Notes: generated by a model from the sequence alone, not told the origin. Numbered from the stretch's first letter, positions 37,166 through 48,741 are shown. The stretch: DNA of 64,000 nucleotides from Bacteroidia bacterium (GCA_038214655.1 JBBQRR010000010.1:6183-70182); one strand, 5' to 3'. Made by a program: numbers and translations.

Positions 37166-40100
37166 ATGCACGATATAGAAAAAGAATTAGAAAAAAGAGT
37201 TTTGGTAATTGATGGCGCAATGGGCACCATGATTCAGCAATACAAGCTGGAGGAGAAAGATTACCGTGGCAAACGCTTTGCCGACTGGCACAAAGATGTG
37301 AAAGGGAATAATGATTTATTATCGATTACTCAACCCGAAATTATTAAAGCCATTCACAAAGAATATTTAAAAGCAGGCGCCGATATTATTGAAACTAATA
37401 CCTTCAGCGGCACCACAATCGCTATGGCCGATTACGACATGCAGGAACTCGCTTACGAATTGAATTATGAGTCGGCTAAAGTTGCCAAGGAAGCTATTGC
37501 AGAATTTAAAAAAGAATTTCCGGAACTTGCTTCTGTTCCAAAATTTGTAGCGGGTGCAATCGGTCCCACAAATCGTACACTTTCTCTTTCTCCCAATGTA
37601 AACGACCCCGGATTCCGTGCTGTTACGTTTGATGAGATGGTAACTGCTTATACCGAACAAGTAAAAGGTTTAATTGAAGGAGGCGCTGATATTTTATTAA
37701 TCGAAACAATTTTTGATACACTTAATGCCAAAGCTGCTTTATTTGCGATTGAAAATTATTGCGAAAAAATAAATAAAGTAATGCCTGTAATGGTTTCGGG
37801 AACTATTACCGACGCCAGCGGAAGAACTTTATCGGGACAAACCACCGAAGCATTTTTAAATTCGGTTTCGCACGTAAATTTATTGAGCATAGGATTGAAT
37901 TGCGCTCTGGGTGCAAAAGATATGCGTCCTTATTTAGAAGAACTTTCTGATAAGGCTCCGTTTTTTGTAAGCGCTTATCCAAATGCAGGACTTCCAAATC
38001 AATTTGGCGAGTACGATGAAGATGCGCACACCATGGGCCATCAAATTGAAGATTTTTTAAAAGCAGGCTTTTTAAATATCGTGGGCGGATGTTGCGGCAC
38101 AACTCCATCACACATAAAACGTATTGCCGAATTAGCAAAAGATGCAAAGCCGCGCATAAAGCCGAAGGCCGATACATTAATGCACTTAAGCGGATTAGAA
38201 CCGGTAACACTTCGCCCCGAAAGCAATTTTATGAATGTGGGTGAGCGTACAAACGTTACCGGCTCAAAAAAGTTTTTGCGCTTAATAAAAGAAAACAACT
38301 ACGACGAAGCTTTATCGGTTGCCCGCGAACAAGTAGAAGGCGGCGCACAGGTTATTGACGTGAACATGGACGAAGGAATGTTGGACGGAGAAGCTGCCAT
38401 GACCAAATTTTTAAATCTGATTGCGTCAGAGCCCGATATTTCGCGTGTTCCTATAATGATTGACTCTTCAAAATGGAGCATTATTGAAGCAGGATTGAAA
38501 TGTGTACAGGGAAAAGCCATTGTAAATTCAATTTCTTTAAAAGAAGGCGAAGAAAAATTTATTGAATGCGCGCACAAAATAAAACAGTACGGTGCCGCAG
38601 TTATTGTTATGGCTTTTGACGAAGATGGTCAGGCTGATACATTACAACGCCGCAAAGATATTTGCAAGCGTGCATACGACATATTGGTTAACAAAGTACA
38701 TTTCCCGCCTCAGGATATAATTTTCGACCCAAATATTTTTCCCGTTGCTACCGGTATGGAAGAACATCGTTTAAACGCGCTTGATTTTTTCAATTCCACA
38801 AAATGGATCAAAGAAAATCTTCCTTATGCAAAAGTCAGTGGCGGTGTAAGTAACGTTTCATTTTCGTTTCGCGGTAACGATCACGTGCGTGAAGCAATTC
38901 ACTCTGCATTTTTATATCACGCCATTAAAAACGGAATGGACATGGGCATTGTAAACCCCGCGCAATTGGTGGTGTACGATGACATTGAAAAAGAACTTTT
39001 AGAATTAGTTGAAGACGTTTTATTAAATCGCAGAGATGATGCCACCGAACGTTTAATTACGCACGCCGAAGGATTACGAGGCATAAGTGTAGAACGCGAA
39101 GCAAAAGACGAAGCCTGGCGCCGAGAACCCGTTGAAAAACGTTTGAGTCACGCCTTAGTGAAAGGAATTGTAGAATACATTGACGAAGATGTTGAAGAAT
39201 GCCGCAAAAAATATCCAAAAACATTGGATGTTATTGAAGGACCGCTAATGGACGGAATGAATGTGGTGGGAGATTTATTTGGTGCCGGAAAAATGTTTTT
39301 ACCGCAAGTGGTAAAGAGCGCACGCGTAATGAAAAAAGCTGTGGCTTACCTCCTGCCCTTTATGGACGAAGAAAAAAAGAAAAGCGGCAGCACGCAAAAA
39401 AATGCCGGCAAAATTTTAATGGCCACTGTAAAAGGTGATGTGCATGATATCGGTAAAAATATTGTAGGCGTTGTTTTAGCTTGCAACAATTACGAAATTA
39501 TTGATATGGGCGTAATGGTTTCTTGCGATAAAATTTTAGAGGCAGCGCGTCATCATAATGTAGATGTAATTGGTTTAAGCGGTTTAATCACTCCGTCGTT
39601 AGACGAAATGGTGCACGTTGCCAAAGAAATGGAACGCCTTGGCTTTGAAATTCCATTGTTAATTGGCGGAGCAACTACTTCCAAAGTGCATACTGCTGTA
39701 AAAGTGGCGCCGCACTACTCGCACGCAGTTGTGCATGTAAACGACGCAAGTAAATCGGTGCCGGTTGCCAGTAGTTTAATTTCTAAAGAACTGCGCGGTG
39801 CTTTTATGGCCGATGTACTGAAAGATTATGAGCGTGTGCGCGAACAAAATAAAAATGCGCAGGGGCAAAATAAATTTATTTCATTGGAGGAAGCGCGCGG
39901 AAATAAATTTACGGTGGATTGGAGCAAAACCGAAATTACAAAGCCTGCTTTCTTAGGAAATAAGGTTTACGACAATTATTCGTTAGCCGAAATTGCTGAA
40001 TTTATTGACTGGACCCCATTCTTTCACTCGTGGGAGATGAAAGGTTCTTACCCAAAAATATTAAAAGACCCTACACGTGGTGTTGAAGCAACAAAATTAT

Positions 40101-40861
40101 TTAATGATGCTCAGCAAATGCTGAAAAAAATAATTGCCGAAAAATGGCTGACAGCAAAAGCAGTTATTGGCATTTATCCTGCAAACGCGGTGGGAGATGA
40201 TATTGAGATATTTGACAAAGAAGTTAAAAATGTGATTGGTAAATTTCATACGATTCGTCAGCAAACAAAAAAACCTGCCGGACAGTATAATGTTGCGCTA
40301 TCTGATTTTGTTAAACCAAAAGACCTCACCCTACCCTCTCCAAGGGAAAGCGATTTCATCGGCGCATTCGCACTAACAACCGGCATAGGCATTGATGCAC
40401 ACGTTGCAAAATTTGAAAAAGATCACGACGATTATAGTGCCATTATGTTGAAAGCTCTTGCAGATAGACTTGCAGAAGCTTTTGCGGAATTACTACATAA
40501 GAAAGTGCGCACCGAAGTTTGGGGTTATGCAAAAAATGAAACACTTAGTACCGAACAATTAATTAAGGAAGAATACGGAGGTATTCGCCCTGCGCCGGGC
40601 TATCCTGCTCAGCCGGATCATACCGAGAAGCCCACTATCTGGAAATTGCTGGATGTTGAAAAAAACACCGGCATTATTTTAACAGAAAGTATGGCCATGT
40701 TTCCTACAGCTGCTGTAAGTGGATTGTACCTTTCTCACCCGCAATCGCACTATTTTGGGGTAGGCAAAATTAACAAAGAACAGGTGGAAGATTATGCCAA
40801 AAGGAAGAGCATGAGCCTGCCTGATACCGAAAAATGGCTGGGCCCTATTTTAAGCTATTAA
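37166..40861 (+). CDS. metH: Cobalamin-dependent methionine synthase
   Basis: DGAMGT; GGCCGT; GERTNV.GS; DVHDIGKN B12-binding motif; RPAPGYPA. Confidence 0.98.
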   Translation: MHDIEKELEKRVLVIDGAMGTMIQQYKLEEKDYRGKRFADWHKDVKGNNDLLSITQPEIIKAIHKEYLKAGADIIETNTFSGTTIAMADYDMQELAYELNYESAKVAKEAIAEFKKEFPELASVPKFVAGAIGPTNRTLSLSPNVNDPGFRAVTFDEMVTAYTEQVKGLIEGGADILLIETIFDTLNAKAALFAIENYCEKINKVMPVMVSGTITDASGRTLSGQTTEAFLNSVSHVNLLSIGLNCALGAKDMRPYLEELSDKAPFFVSAYPNAGLPNQFGEYDEDAHTMGHQIEDFLKAGFLNIVGGCCGTTPSHIKRIAELAKDAKPRIKPKADTLMHLSGLEPVTLRPESNFMNVGERTNVTGSKKFLRLIKENNYDEALSVAREQVEGGAQVIDVNMDEGMLDGEAAMTKFLNLIASEPDISRVPIMIDSSKWSIIEAGLKCVQGKAIVNSISLKEGEEKFIECAHKIKQYGAAVIVMAFDEDGQADTLQRRKDICKRAYDILVNKVHFPPQDIIFDPNIFPVATGMEEHRLNALDFFNSTKWIKENLPYAKVSGGVSNVSFSFRGNDHVREAIHSAFLYHAIKNGMDMGIVNPAQLVVYDDIEKELLELVEDVLLNRRDDATERLITHAEGLRGISVEREAKDEAWRREPVEKRLSHALVKGIVEYIDEDVEECRKKYPKTLDVIEGPLMDGMNVVGDLFGAGKMFLPQVVKSARVMKKAVAYLLPFMDEEKKKSGSTQKNAGKILMATVKGDVHDIGKNIVGVVLACNNYEIIDMGVMVSCDKILEAARHHNVDVIGLSGLITPSLDEMVHVAKEMERLGFEIPLLIGGATTSKVHTAVKVAPHYSHAVVHVNDASKSVPVASSLISKELRGAFMADVLKDYERVREQNKNAQGQNKFISLEEARGNKFTVDWSKTEITKPAFLGNKVYDNYSLAEIAEFIDWTPFFHSWEMKGSYPKILKDPTRGVEATKLFNDAQQMLKKIIAEKWLTAKAVIGIYPANAVGDDIEIFDKEVKNVIGKFHTIRQQTKKPAGQYNVALSDFVKPKDLTLPSPRESDFIGAFALTTGIGIDAHVAKFEKDHDDYSAIMLKALADRLAEAFAELLHKKVRTEVWGYAKNETLSTEQLIKEEYGGIRPAPGYPAQPDHTEKPTIWKLLDVEKNTGIILTESMAMFPTAAVSGLYLSHPQSHYFGVGKINKEQVEDYAKRKSMSLPDTEKWLGPILSY
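40324..40347 (-). repeat. Partial copy of the 1867-1900 element inside metH
   Basis: CCTCACCCTA-CCCTCTCCAAGGGA compared with the reverse complement CCTCACCCTAAATCCCTCTCCCGGGGGA. Confidence 0.7.
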
Positions 40862-40914
40862 ACATATTTTTATTTCTGATATATTATTCTACATTTGGCA
40901 CTAAATCGCAACAA

Positions 40915-43900
40915 ATGAAGAAAATCCTTGTTTCCACTATTATCCTGATTTCACTCGCAGCTTTCAAATTTTTACCTACTGATTCTGCTCCCTTATGGCT
41001 TCGTTATCCCTCCATCTCTCCTGATGCAAACACTATAGCCTTTTGTTACAAGGGCGATATTTACAGAGTAGATGCAAAAGGCGGCACTGCCTCTCTGCTA
41101 ACAATCAGCGATGCCCACGATTTCATGCCCGTGTGGTCGCCCGATGGAAAATGGATTGCTTTTGCATCTGACAGAAACGGAAATTTTGATATTTACTTGA
41201 TGCCCGCCGAAGGCGGAACCGCAAAAAGATTAACATATCATTCTGCAGGCGATTTTCCATCTTCATTTACTCCCGATGGTTCTGCTGTAATTTTTACTTC
41301 ATCACGTATGGACGGTGTAAAGAACGTAATGTTTCCAACCGGGGCCTTACCCGAATTATATAGCGTGCCCGTAAAAGGTGGTAAAGAAATACAGGTTCTT
41401 TCAATTTCTGCAGAAGATGCCAGATGGGACAAAGCAGGTAACAGATTGGTATTTCACGATAGGAAAGCTTATGAAAATCCCTGGAGAAAACATCAGGTGT
41501 CGGCTTTTGCACGCGATGTATGGATGTTTAACAAAAAAGAAAATAAATACACCAAACTAACCGACTGGGAAGGCGAAGACCGCAACCCGGTATTCAGTAC
41601 CGACGAAAACTCTCTTTTTTATCTCAGTGAAAAAAGTGGAAGTTTCAATGTATGGAAAATGAATATCGCTGCTCCAGCGCAAAGCACACAGGTTACAAAA
41701 TTTGATAAAAATCCGGTACGTTTTTTAAGTTCTTCGACTAACGGAACCCTTTGCTTTGGATACAACGGAGAGATTTTTACAAAAACAGAAAGCGCCGAAC
41801 CACAAAAATTAGCCATAAAAATTGAAACCGACGAGCGATACACAGAAACTAAAACAGAAACAATTACAAACGGAGTAACACACATGGATGTTTCTTCTAA
41901 CGGAAAAGAAGTTGTGTTTAGCGTAAGAGGAGAAGTTTTTGTTACTTCTATAGAAGGCGGAATTACAAAACGCATTACCAATACACCCGAGCAGGAAAGA
42001 TCAGTTAGTTTTAGCCCGGATGGCCGCAGTGTTTTATACGCTGCCGAGCGAAATAAAATTTGGGGCATTTATCAAACATCGCTTACCCGCAAAGAAGAAT
42101 CTCAATTTTTTAATTCTACCCTTTTAAAAGAAGAACCACTTGTGGTTGGAACAACCGAAGCTTTTCAGCCAAAATATTCGCCAGACGGAACTGAGGTTGC
42201 TTTTTTAGAAGACCGCACAACGCTGCGCATCATCAATCTTAAAACAAAAGCAATTCGTACAGTATTACCGGGCGACAAAAATTATTCGTACGAAGACGGA
42301 GACCAATGGTTTGATTGGAGTCCTGATGGAAAACATTTATTGGCGCAATTTTTACAGGATAATAACTGGCGTACCGAAATTGCACTCATTGATGCTTCAG
42401 GAATTCAAAAACCGGTTGACATTACCAAAGCCGGCTTTGATTGTGTAATGCCAAAATGGATGATGGGCGGAAAAATGATGCTCTATTTTTCTGGTCGTCA
42501 TGGATTGAAGAGTGTGGGAAGTTGGGGTGGCCAGATGGACGTGTACGGTATGTTTTTTACGCAGGCAGCCTTTGACAGATTCAAATTAAACAAAGAAGAT
42601 TATGCCTTAGTAAAAGAGAAAGAAGAATCAGCCACCACTGAGAAAAAACCTACCGATAAAGCAAAAGGGAAAGACTCAACCGCAAAAGTAACTGTAGAGG
42701 CAGTTAAAATTGAATTAGACGGCATCTCCGATCGCAAAGTAAGATTAACCATTCACTCATCAGAACTTACAGATGCAGTTTTATCTAAAGACGGGGAACA
42801 ACTTTACTACCTCTGCAAATTTGAAAAAGGATTTAATCTTTGGGTAAACAAGTTTAAAGAAAAAGAAACAAAACTGCTTGTTCAGCTAAATGCCGGCATG
42901 GCAAGTAGTATGAGAATGGATAAAGACGGAAAAAATATTTTTCTTATTGCCGATGGCAACATTGTAAAAATAAATATTGATAAGGCCGAAAATAAAAACA
43001 TTATGTTTACCGCCGAGATGAATTTAAACGCGGCAGCCGAACGTAATTACGAGTTTGAGCATATCTGGCGGCAGGTGCAAAAAAAGTTTTACGTTACCGA
43101 TTTGCAGGGAACCGATTGGAATTATTATAAAGAAAATTATTCGCGCTTTCTTCCTTACATAAATAACAATATCGATTTTGCAGAGATGGCCAGCGAATTA
43201 TTAGGCGAGCTGAACGCATCGCACACAGGTTGCGGATATCATGGTAAGCCAAAAAATCCGGATGAAACTGCGGCTTTAGGTGTATTTTATGATGATACTT
43301 ACACAGGTAGCGGAATGAAAATTGCCGAAGTAATTGATAAGAGCCCGCTGATACAAGCCACTTCTCAAATAAAAGCAGGAACCATCATTGAAAAAATTGA
43401 CGGGCAGGAAATAGGAGTCGAAACAAATATTTATCAATTGCTTAATAGAAGAGCTGGCAAATACACTTTGCTTTCTCTTTACGATGAGTCAACAAAAAAA
43501 CGTTGGGAAGAAACTATTAAACCAATCAGTCTTGGCCAGCAGGGTGAATTAGTTTATCATCGCTGGGTAAAAAAGATGCAGGATATGACAGATAAACTAT
43601 CGGGCGGACAAATTGGTTATATGCACGTAAGAGGAATGGATGATGAGAGTTTCCGCGCCTTTATTGATGAAGTGTTGGGTAAATATTCAAACAAAAAAGC
43701 ATTAATTGTAGATACACGTTTTAATGGCGGCGGTTGGTTGCACGATGATTTGGCAACTTTTTTAAGTGGCAAAAAATATATTGACTTTGTGCCGCGCGAA
43801 AGAAAAATTGGCTCAGAGCCGCAAAACAAATGGCTTAGTCCATCTGTTGTTTTAATGAACGAGGGAAATTATTCTGACGCGCACATGTTTCCGGTTGTTT

Positions 43901-44151
43901 ACAAAACGCTGGGTATTGGTAAACTCGTGGGTATGCCGGTGCCGGGCACAGGCACGGCAGTTTGGTGGGAACCTCTGCAAGACAATACCATGGTTTTCGG
44001 TATTCCGCAAGTAGGTATTAAAACTTTAGATGGTAAGTATTACGAAAACAACCAGCTTGAGCCCGACTACAAAGTGTTTAACGATTATCTTGAAGTTACC
44101 AATGGAAAAGACCAGCAGTTGATAAAGGCAATTGAGGTTTTAAATAAATAA
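40915..44151 (+). CDS. Tricorn-like S41 family protease (PD40 propellers + PDZ)
   Basis: PSISPD and PVWSPDG repeats; GELNASH; D.RFNGGG; NYSDAH. Start MKKIL is supported by TACATTTG at 40890-40897. Confidence 0.93.
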   Translation: MKKILVSTIILISLAAFKFLPTDSAPLWLRYPSISPDANTIAFCYKGDIYRVDAKGGTASLLTISDAHDFMPVWSPDGKWIAFASDRNGNFDIYLMPAEGGTAKRLTYHSAGDFPSSFTPDGSAVIFTSSRMDGVKNVMFPTGALPELYSVPVKGGKEIQVLSISAEDARWDKAGNRLVFHDRKAYENPWRKHQVSAFARDVWMFNKKENKYTKLTDWEGEDRNPVFSTDENSLFYLSEKSGSFNVWKMNIAAPAQSTQVTKFDKNPVRFLSSSTNGTLCFGYNGEIFTKTESAEPQKLAIKIETDERYTETKTETITNGVTHMDVSSNGKEVVFSVRGEVFVTSIEGGITKRITNTPEQERSVSFSPDGRSVLYAAERNKIWGIYQTSLTRKEESQFFNSTLLKEEPLVVGTTEAFQPKYSPDGTEVAFLEDRTTLRIINLKTKAIRTVLPGDKNYSYEDGDQWFDWSPDGKHLLAQFLQDNNWRTEIALIDASGIQKPVDITKAGFDCVMPKWMMGGKMMLYFSGRHGLKSVGSWGGQMDVYGMFFTQAAFDRFKLNKEDYALVKEKEESATTEKKPTDKAKGKDSTAKVTVEAVKIELDGISDRKVRLTIHSSELTDAVLSKDGEQLYYLCKFEKGFNLWVNKFKEKETKLLVQLNAGMASSMRMDKDGKNIFLIADGNIVKINIDKAENKNIMFTAEMNLNAAAERNYEFEHIWRQVQKKFYVTDLQGTDWNYYKENYSRFLPYINNNIDFAEMASELLGELNASHTGCGYHGKPKNPDETAALGVFYDDTYTGSGMKIAEVIDKSPLIQATSQIKAGTIIEKIDGQEIGVETNIYQLLNRRAGKYTLLSLYDESTKKRWEETIKPISLGQQGELVYHRWVKKMQDMTDKLSGGQIGYMHVRGMDDESFRAFIDEVLGKYSNKKALIVDTRFNGGGWLHDDLATFLSGKKYIDFVPRERKIGSEPQNKWLSPSVVLMNEGNYSDAHMFPVVYKTLGIGKLVGMPVPGTGTAVWWEPLQDNTMVFGIPQVGIKTLDGKYYENNQLEPDYKVFNDYLEVTNGKDQQLIKAIEVLNK

Positions 44152-44154
44152 CTA

Positions 44155-45288
44155 TCAGTTAAAAATTTCTTCCAGCTTCTTTTCTAAATCAGCGCCGCGA
44201 AGGTTTTTTGCAATAATTTTTCCCTCCTTATCAAGCAACATCGCAAAAGGTATAGCTTCTATGCCATAAAGTGTGCAGGCCTGACTGCTCCATCCTTTTA
44301 AATCGCTAACATGGTTCCAGGTTAGTCCATCTTTTTTAATGGCGCTTATCCATTTGTCTTTATCTTCATCTAACGAAACGCCTAATATCTCAAAGCCCTT
44401 GCTGTGGTATTTTTTGTACATGCGTACCACGTTTGGATTTTCTTTACGGCAAGGACCGCACCAGCTTGCCCAAAAATCTACCAAAACAATTTTTCCTTTA
44501 AAAGAAGAAAGCGATAAAGGTTTACCTTCGGGAGTATTGAAAGTAAAATCAGGAGCCTCGCCACCCTTTGTTACTTTGCCAAACGAATTAATATCCTGCT
44601 GCAATTTTGCCAAGTATTTACTTCCGGGAAATTTAGCTGATAAATCGGCGTAAGTTTTTTTATAAACATCCAGATATTTATCGGGATCTAATTGCTGAAT
44701 ACCTGCCAACGCCGCAAGCGAAGAACTGTTTTTAGAAACGATATCGGCCACTTGTTGCTGGTGCGCACCCATCATGGCCATATAAACCGGTTCAAATACT
44801 TTATTTAGCGAATCTACTTTTGCAGAATCCATTTTAATTACACCCATAGCCGCCTGAAATGCTCTTTGCAAAGAATCGGAACGCACCTGAATTACTTTTC
44901 CAAGTTCATTAAAGTCTAAAAAAATCTTGGTGTCGGGCGAGCCTTCTACACTATATGTATTGCCTATGTCTTTAAAATCGCCGGTAATTTTTATTTTTTG
45001 CGTCGAATCCAAAACCAACATCGCAAAATTTGCCTCGTTAACTTTTACACGGTAAAAACCCAGTGTGGGAGCTGTATGCTCAAAAGCAAAATTTCCTTTG
45101 TTATCCAATACGGCCGAGTCAAGTAAAACCTTTCCGTTAGGCGAAAGTTCTTCCAGATAAATAACTTCTCCGCCTACCACATTGGTAAGTGTGCCCTTTA
45201 ATTCGAAAGCTGTATTTTTAGAAGTATTACCGCCACCGCAAGAAAACAGCAGGCCCGAAATTGTTGCAACAAATAAAATCTTTTTCAT
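44155..45288 (-). CDS. DUF4369 + TlpA/AhpC-TSA disulfide reductase lipoprotein
   Basis: Lipobox LFSC; VDFWASWCGPCR. Confidence 0.92.
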   Translation of the reverse strand: MKKILFVATISGLLFSCGGGNTSKNTAFELKGTLTNVVGGEVIYLEELSPNGKVLLDSAVLDNKGNFAFEHTAPTLGFYRVKVNEANFAMLVLDSTQKIKITGDFKDIGNTYSVEGSPDTKIFLDFNELGKVIQVRSDSLQRAFQAAMGVIKMDSAKVDSLNKVFEPVYMAMMGAHQQQVADIVSKNSSSLAALAGIQQLDPDKYLDVYKKTYADLSAKFPGSKYLAKLQQDINSFGKVTKGGEAPDFTFNTPEGKPLSLSSFKGKIVLVDFWASWCGPCRKENPNVVRMYKKYHSKGFEILGVSLDEDKDKWISAIKKDGLTWNHVSDLKGWSSQACTLYGIEAIPFAMLLDKEGKIIAKNLRGADLEKKLEEIFN

Positions 45289-45361
45289 AGTAGTAAAATA
45301 TGGGCAAAAGTATTAATTAAACCCTTTCGGAGCTAATTGCTAAATAAATAATTGGTTTAAA

Positions 45362-45847
45362 TCAGCGTTTTTTATCTGAAAACACCTCGTTACCGCGTTT
45401 CCTTTTGCGGCTACGCTCCTTGCGGTTGGTTTTTTGTACACGCTCGTGAGTGCCTTTATTTTTAGTAAAAAGTCTGTGAAACAATTTATGTTGCTCGCGG
45501 TTTTGAACCTTTCCGGGTTTTGTTTTTCTTAAAGAAGCATTTTTTGTTTGGCCGCTGTTAGGATGAAAAAGTTTGTACATAAAACCTCTTCCACCCCTGG
45601 CGCTGTTACTGGCAAATGCATCAGCGTTACCCCCGCTTTTTTGTCGTTTTTTAAATAAAGAAAAACCACCGCCACGCGATATTTTTCCTGATGTACCTTT
45701 TTGATTTTTCTTTTCCTTTTTACGCTTACCAAAAGGAGTGTGATTTTCTTTAAAAGTGCTTTCTTTTTTTGCCTTTTGAGCATAGGAAATGTCGGGGACA
45801 AGGAAAAAAAATCCTGCCAACAACAATATGCCTAAACACCTTTTCAT
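45362..45847 (-). CDS. Secreted Lys/Arg-rich hypothetical protein
   Basis: Signal peptide MKRCLG...SYAQ followed by a K/R/G-rich low-complexity body. Confidence 0.6.
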   Translation of the reverse strand: MKRCLGILLLAGFFFLVPDISYAQKAKKESTFKENHTPFGKRKKEKKNQKGTSGKISRGGGFSLFKKRQKSGGNADAFASNSARGGRGFMYKLFHPNSGQTKNASLRKTKPGKVQNREQHKLFHRLFTKNKGTHERVQKTNRKERSRKRKRGNEVFSDKKR

Positions 45848-45928
45848 GTATACTACAATAATATAAAAAATATTCCTCTTTTTCAAAAGGTAAGTTACGA
45901 AAATATCTTTAATTTTAAACAATTATAA

Positions 45929-47011
45929 GTGAAGAATTCTACAGCTATACAATCAACGGGTTTATCGATAGAAAATTTCCTTCGGGAGGGCGTTTCGGGG
46001 ATAATGGTAGATGTGCGTTCGCCCGGCGAATATTACAATGGCCACATTCCCGGAGCCATCAATATTCCCTTATTTGACGATCACGAAAGAGCCGAAATAG
46101 GTACTTTGTACAAAATAAAAGGCAAAGAAGAAGCCGTTTTAAGAGGGATAGAAATTGTTTCTCCTAAACTATCAGATTTCATAAAATCTGTAAAAGACAA
46201 GGGCAACCCCACGGGCAATGTGTATGTATATTGCTTTAGAGGGGGCATGCGCAGCAGCAGTTTTTGCTGGTTGATGGATACTGCGGGGCTAAAACCTCTT
46301 AAACTGGAGGGCGGCTATAAAGCCTATCGTAATAAAATACTTGCCCTGTTTAAGCAAAAACACAATTTTTGTCTGGTTGGCGGCCCTACCGGAAGCGGTA
46401 AAACCGATGTACTCAAAGAGCTTCACAAACTAAAGCAACAAACTGTGGATTTAGAAGGATTGGCCAACCACAAAGGTTCTGCTTTTGGATTTATAGGACA
46501 AGAAAAGCAGCCTCCGCAACAACAGTTCGAAAATAATTTGCATCTGGCAATGAGCACGCTTAATCCAAATGAAATTATCATGCTCGAAGACGAATCCTTC
46601 AGCATTGGCCACGTGCAATTGCCCTATGATTTGTGGTTACAAATGAAAGCTTCTCCAATAGTTAAATTACAAATGCCTTTTGATTTACGCGTAAAAAGAT
46701 TGGTGGCCGAATACGGACAAACTTCTATCGAAATTTTACGCAAGCCCTTATTGGCAATAAAAACCCGCTTGGGCCCGCAACATTGCAAAACAGCGCTCGA
46801 ACATTTAGAAAAAGGTGAAATGGACAAGGTTGCAGCAATTACCTTACATTATTACGACAAGGCCTACGATTTTAGTCACGAAAAACGCAAATACGAAAAT
46901 GTGTTTATTGTTGAAACTGAAACCGACAACCCTGCCGCAAACGCGCAACTTATTTATAACTTTGTAAACGAAAGCAGTTTTCAAAAAAAAATTGCTACGC
47001 ACAATGGCTAA
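45929..47011 (+). CDS. mnmH: tRNA 2-selenouridine synthase
   Basis: Rhodanese DVRSPGEY and CFRGGMRS; P-loop GPTGSGKT; LEGLANHKGSAFG. Confidence 0.95.
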   Translation: MKNSTAIQSTGLSIENFLREGVSGIMVDVRSPGEYYNGHIPGAINIPLFDDHERAEIGTLYKIKGKEEAVLRGIEIVSPKLSDFIKSVKDKGNPTGNVYVYCFRGGMRSSSFCWLMDTAGLKPLKLEGGYKAYRNKILALFKQKHNFCLVGGPTGSGKTDVLKELHKLKQQTVDLEGLANHKGSAFGFIGQEKQPPQQQFENNLHLAMSTLNPNEIIMLEDESFSIGHVQLPYDLWLQMKASPIVKLQMPFDLRVKRLVAEYGQTSIEILRKPLLAIKTRLGPQHCKTALEHLEKGEMDKVAAITLHYYDKAYDFSHEKRKYENVFIVETETDNPAANAQLIYNFVNESSFQKKIATHNG

Positions 47012-47714
47012 ACTTTTTATTGTACCCACCCCAATAGGAAACCTCGAGGATATGACTCTGAGAGCCATTCGTATTTTAAAAGAGAGCGATGTAATTTTTG
47101 CAGAAGATACGCGCAACAGCGTTCATTTACTAAAGCATTTCTCTATCGACAGGCCATTGAAGTCGTATCACATGCACAACGAACATAAAATTGCCGGTGA
47201 AATTGTTACGCTTATTGCTGCTGGAAAAAATGTTTCTCTTATAAGTGATGCAGGCACTCCCGGAATAAGCGACCCCGGTTTTTTATTAGTTCGCCAATGC
47301 ATTTTAGCAGGCATAGATGTAGAAACTTTACCGGGTGCTACAGCGTTTGTTCCTGCTTTGGTAAATAGTGGCTTGCCCTGCGATACTTTTATTTTTATTG
47401 GATTTTTACCGCAAAAAAAAGGAAGGCAAACAAAATTTAAAACCTTAGTTGAAGAAACACATACAATGGTTTTTTACGAATCGCCCTTCAGATTAGTAAA
47501 AACGCTGGAAGAATTGCAGCCCTATTTGGGGGCCGACAGAAAAGCGAGCGTATCGCGCGAATTGAGCAAGATGTTTGAAGAAAATAAAAGAGGCACCTTA
47601 GCAGAACTGGCAAAATACTTTTCGGAGAAAACAGTTAAAGGAGAAATTGTTATTATTGTAGAAGGATTAGAAAAAAAATCTAAAAATGGGAAAGAAAAAA
47701 CAAAAGAAGCATAA
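47004..47714 (+). CDS. rsmI: 16S rRNA C1402 2'-O-methyltransferase
   Basis: VPTPIGNLEDMT; SDAGTPGISDPG; FYESPFR. Confidence 0.96.
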   Translation: MAKLFIVPTPIGNLEDMTLRAIRILKESDVIFAEDTRNSVHLLKHFSIDRPLKSYHMHNEHKIAGEIVTLIAAGKNVSLISDAGTPGISDPGFLLVRQCILAGIDVETLPGATAFVPALVNSGLPCDTFIFIGFLPQKKGRQTKFKTLVEETHTMVFYESPFRLVKTLEELQPYLGADRKASVSRELSKMFEENKRGTLAELAKYFSEKTVKGEIVIIVEGLEKKSKNGKEKTKEA

Positions 47715-48741
47715 CGTAGGCGCCCCTCCCGGCGAGTTATATTATACAGGTGCTGCCAAAGAAGAGCGCGTTAAGCTTACTCTCATTCAGTATAACGAAC
47801 ACGAATTTTTTGAAACAGATTTTTACGATTTCTCTGAACTCCTTAAACAAGTTAAACCCGGTTTTATAAAATGGATTAATGTTGATGGCATACACAAACT
47901 CGATTTAATTGAGCACATCGGTAAACAATTCAACATTCACCCACTTACGTTAGAGGATATAGTACACGTTGAGTCGCGCCCAAAGTTTGAAGATTATGGG
48001 CATTACGTAATTTCTATAATGAAAATGCTGTATTACGAAAACCACGTGCACAGCGAACATTTAAGTATTGTTTTGTTTGAAGACATGGTTATTTCTTTTC
48101 AGGAACCACATGGCGGTGACGCCTTTGATATTATACGCTCGCGTTTGCGCCAGGGCAAGGGCCGCATTCGTAAAATGGCAGCCGATTATCTTTCTTACGC
48201 GCTAATTGACGCGGTGGTTGACTGCTATTTTAATGTGCTCGAAAAAGTAGGAGAGAAAGTTGAACATCTGGATGAAGAAATTATTTACGACAAGCACCGC
48301 CTTGCTAATTTAAAACTGCACGATTTAAAACGCGAAGTAGTTTTTTTAAGAAAGCAATTGGGCCCTGCCCGCGAAATGATAAATAGCATTGTGCGTAACG
48401 AAACTGATTTAATAAAAGAAAGCAACGATGCATATTTGCGCGATTTGCAGGATCATATAGTTAGGGCGCTGGATACCATTGATAGCTTCAGGGAAACACT
48501 TGCGGGAATTATGGATATTTACCTGAGCAATAACTCCTTTAAAATGAACGAGGCGATGAAAGCCTTAACGGTAGTATCAGCAATATTTATTCCGGTAACA
48601 TTTATTGTGGGAGTTTACGGCATGAACTTTAAATACATGCCCGAAATCGCATCGCCTTACGCCTATTGGGTTGTATGGGCCATCATGCTAACCATTATGA
48701 TTGGTATGGGGGTTTATTTTAAACGCAAAAAGTGGTGGTAG
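47686..48741 (+). CDS. corA: Magnesium/cobalt transporter
   Basis: WINVDG; IHPLTLEDI; YGMNF signature. Confidence 0.96.
   Translation: MGKKKQKKHNVGAPPGELYYTGAAKEERVKLTLIQYNEHEFFETDFYDFSELLKQVKPGFIKWINVDGIHKLDLIEHIGKQFNIHPLTLEDIVHVESRPKFEDYGHYVISIMKMLYYENHVHSEHLSIVLFEDMVISFQEPHGGDAFDIIRSRLRQGKGRIRKMAADYLSYALIDAVVDCYFNVLEKVGEKVEHLDEEIIYDKHRLANLKLHDLKREVVFLRKQLGPAREMINSIVRNETDLIKESNDAYLRDLQDHIVRALDTIDSFRETLAGIMDIYLSNNSFKMNEAMKALTVVSAIFIPVTFIVGVYGMNFKYMPEIASPYAYWVVWAIMLTIMIGMGVYFKRKKWW

Noticed and set aside
40893-40910. Sigma-54 promoter TGGCAC...GC upstream of the tricorn-like protease
   Set aside because: GG-to-GC spacing is 9 nt rather than 10, and the site overlaps a good TACATTTG housekeeping box.
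40834-40914. Extended N-termini from the ORF track (also 8041, 11894, 16608, 29801, 45922, 49423, 53399)
   Set aside because: The extensions overlap neighbouring genes, promoter boxes or repeats; downstream starts give proper signal peptides or family-typical N-termini.
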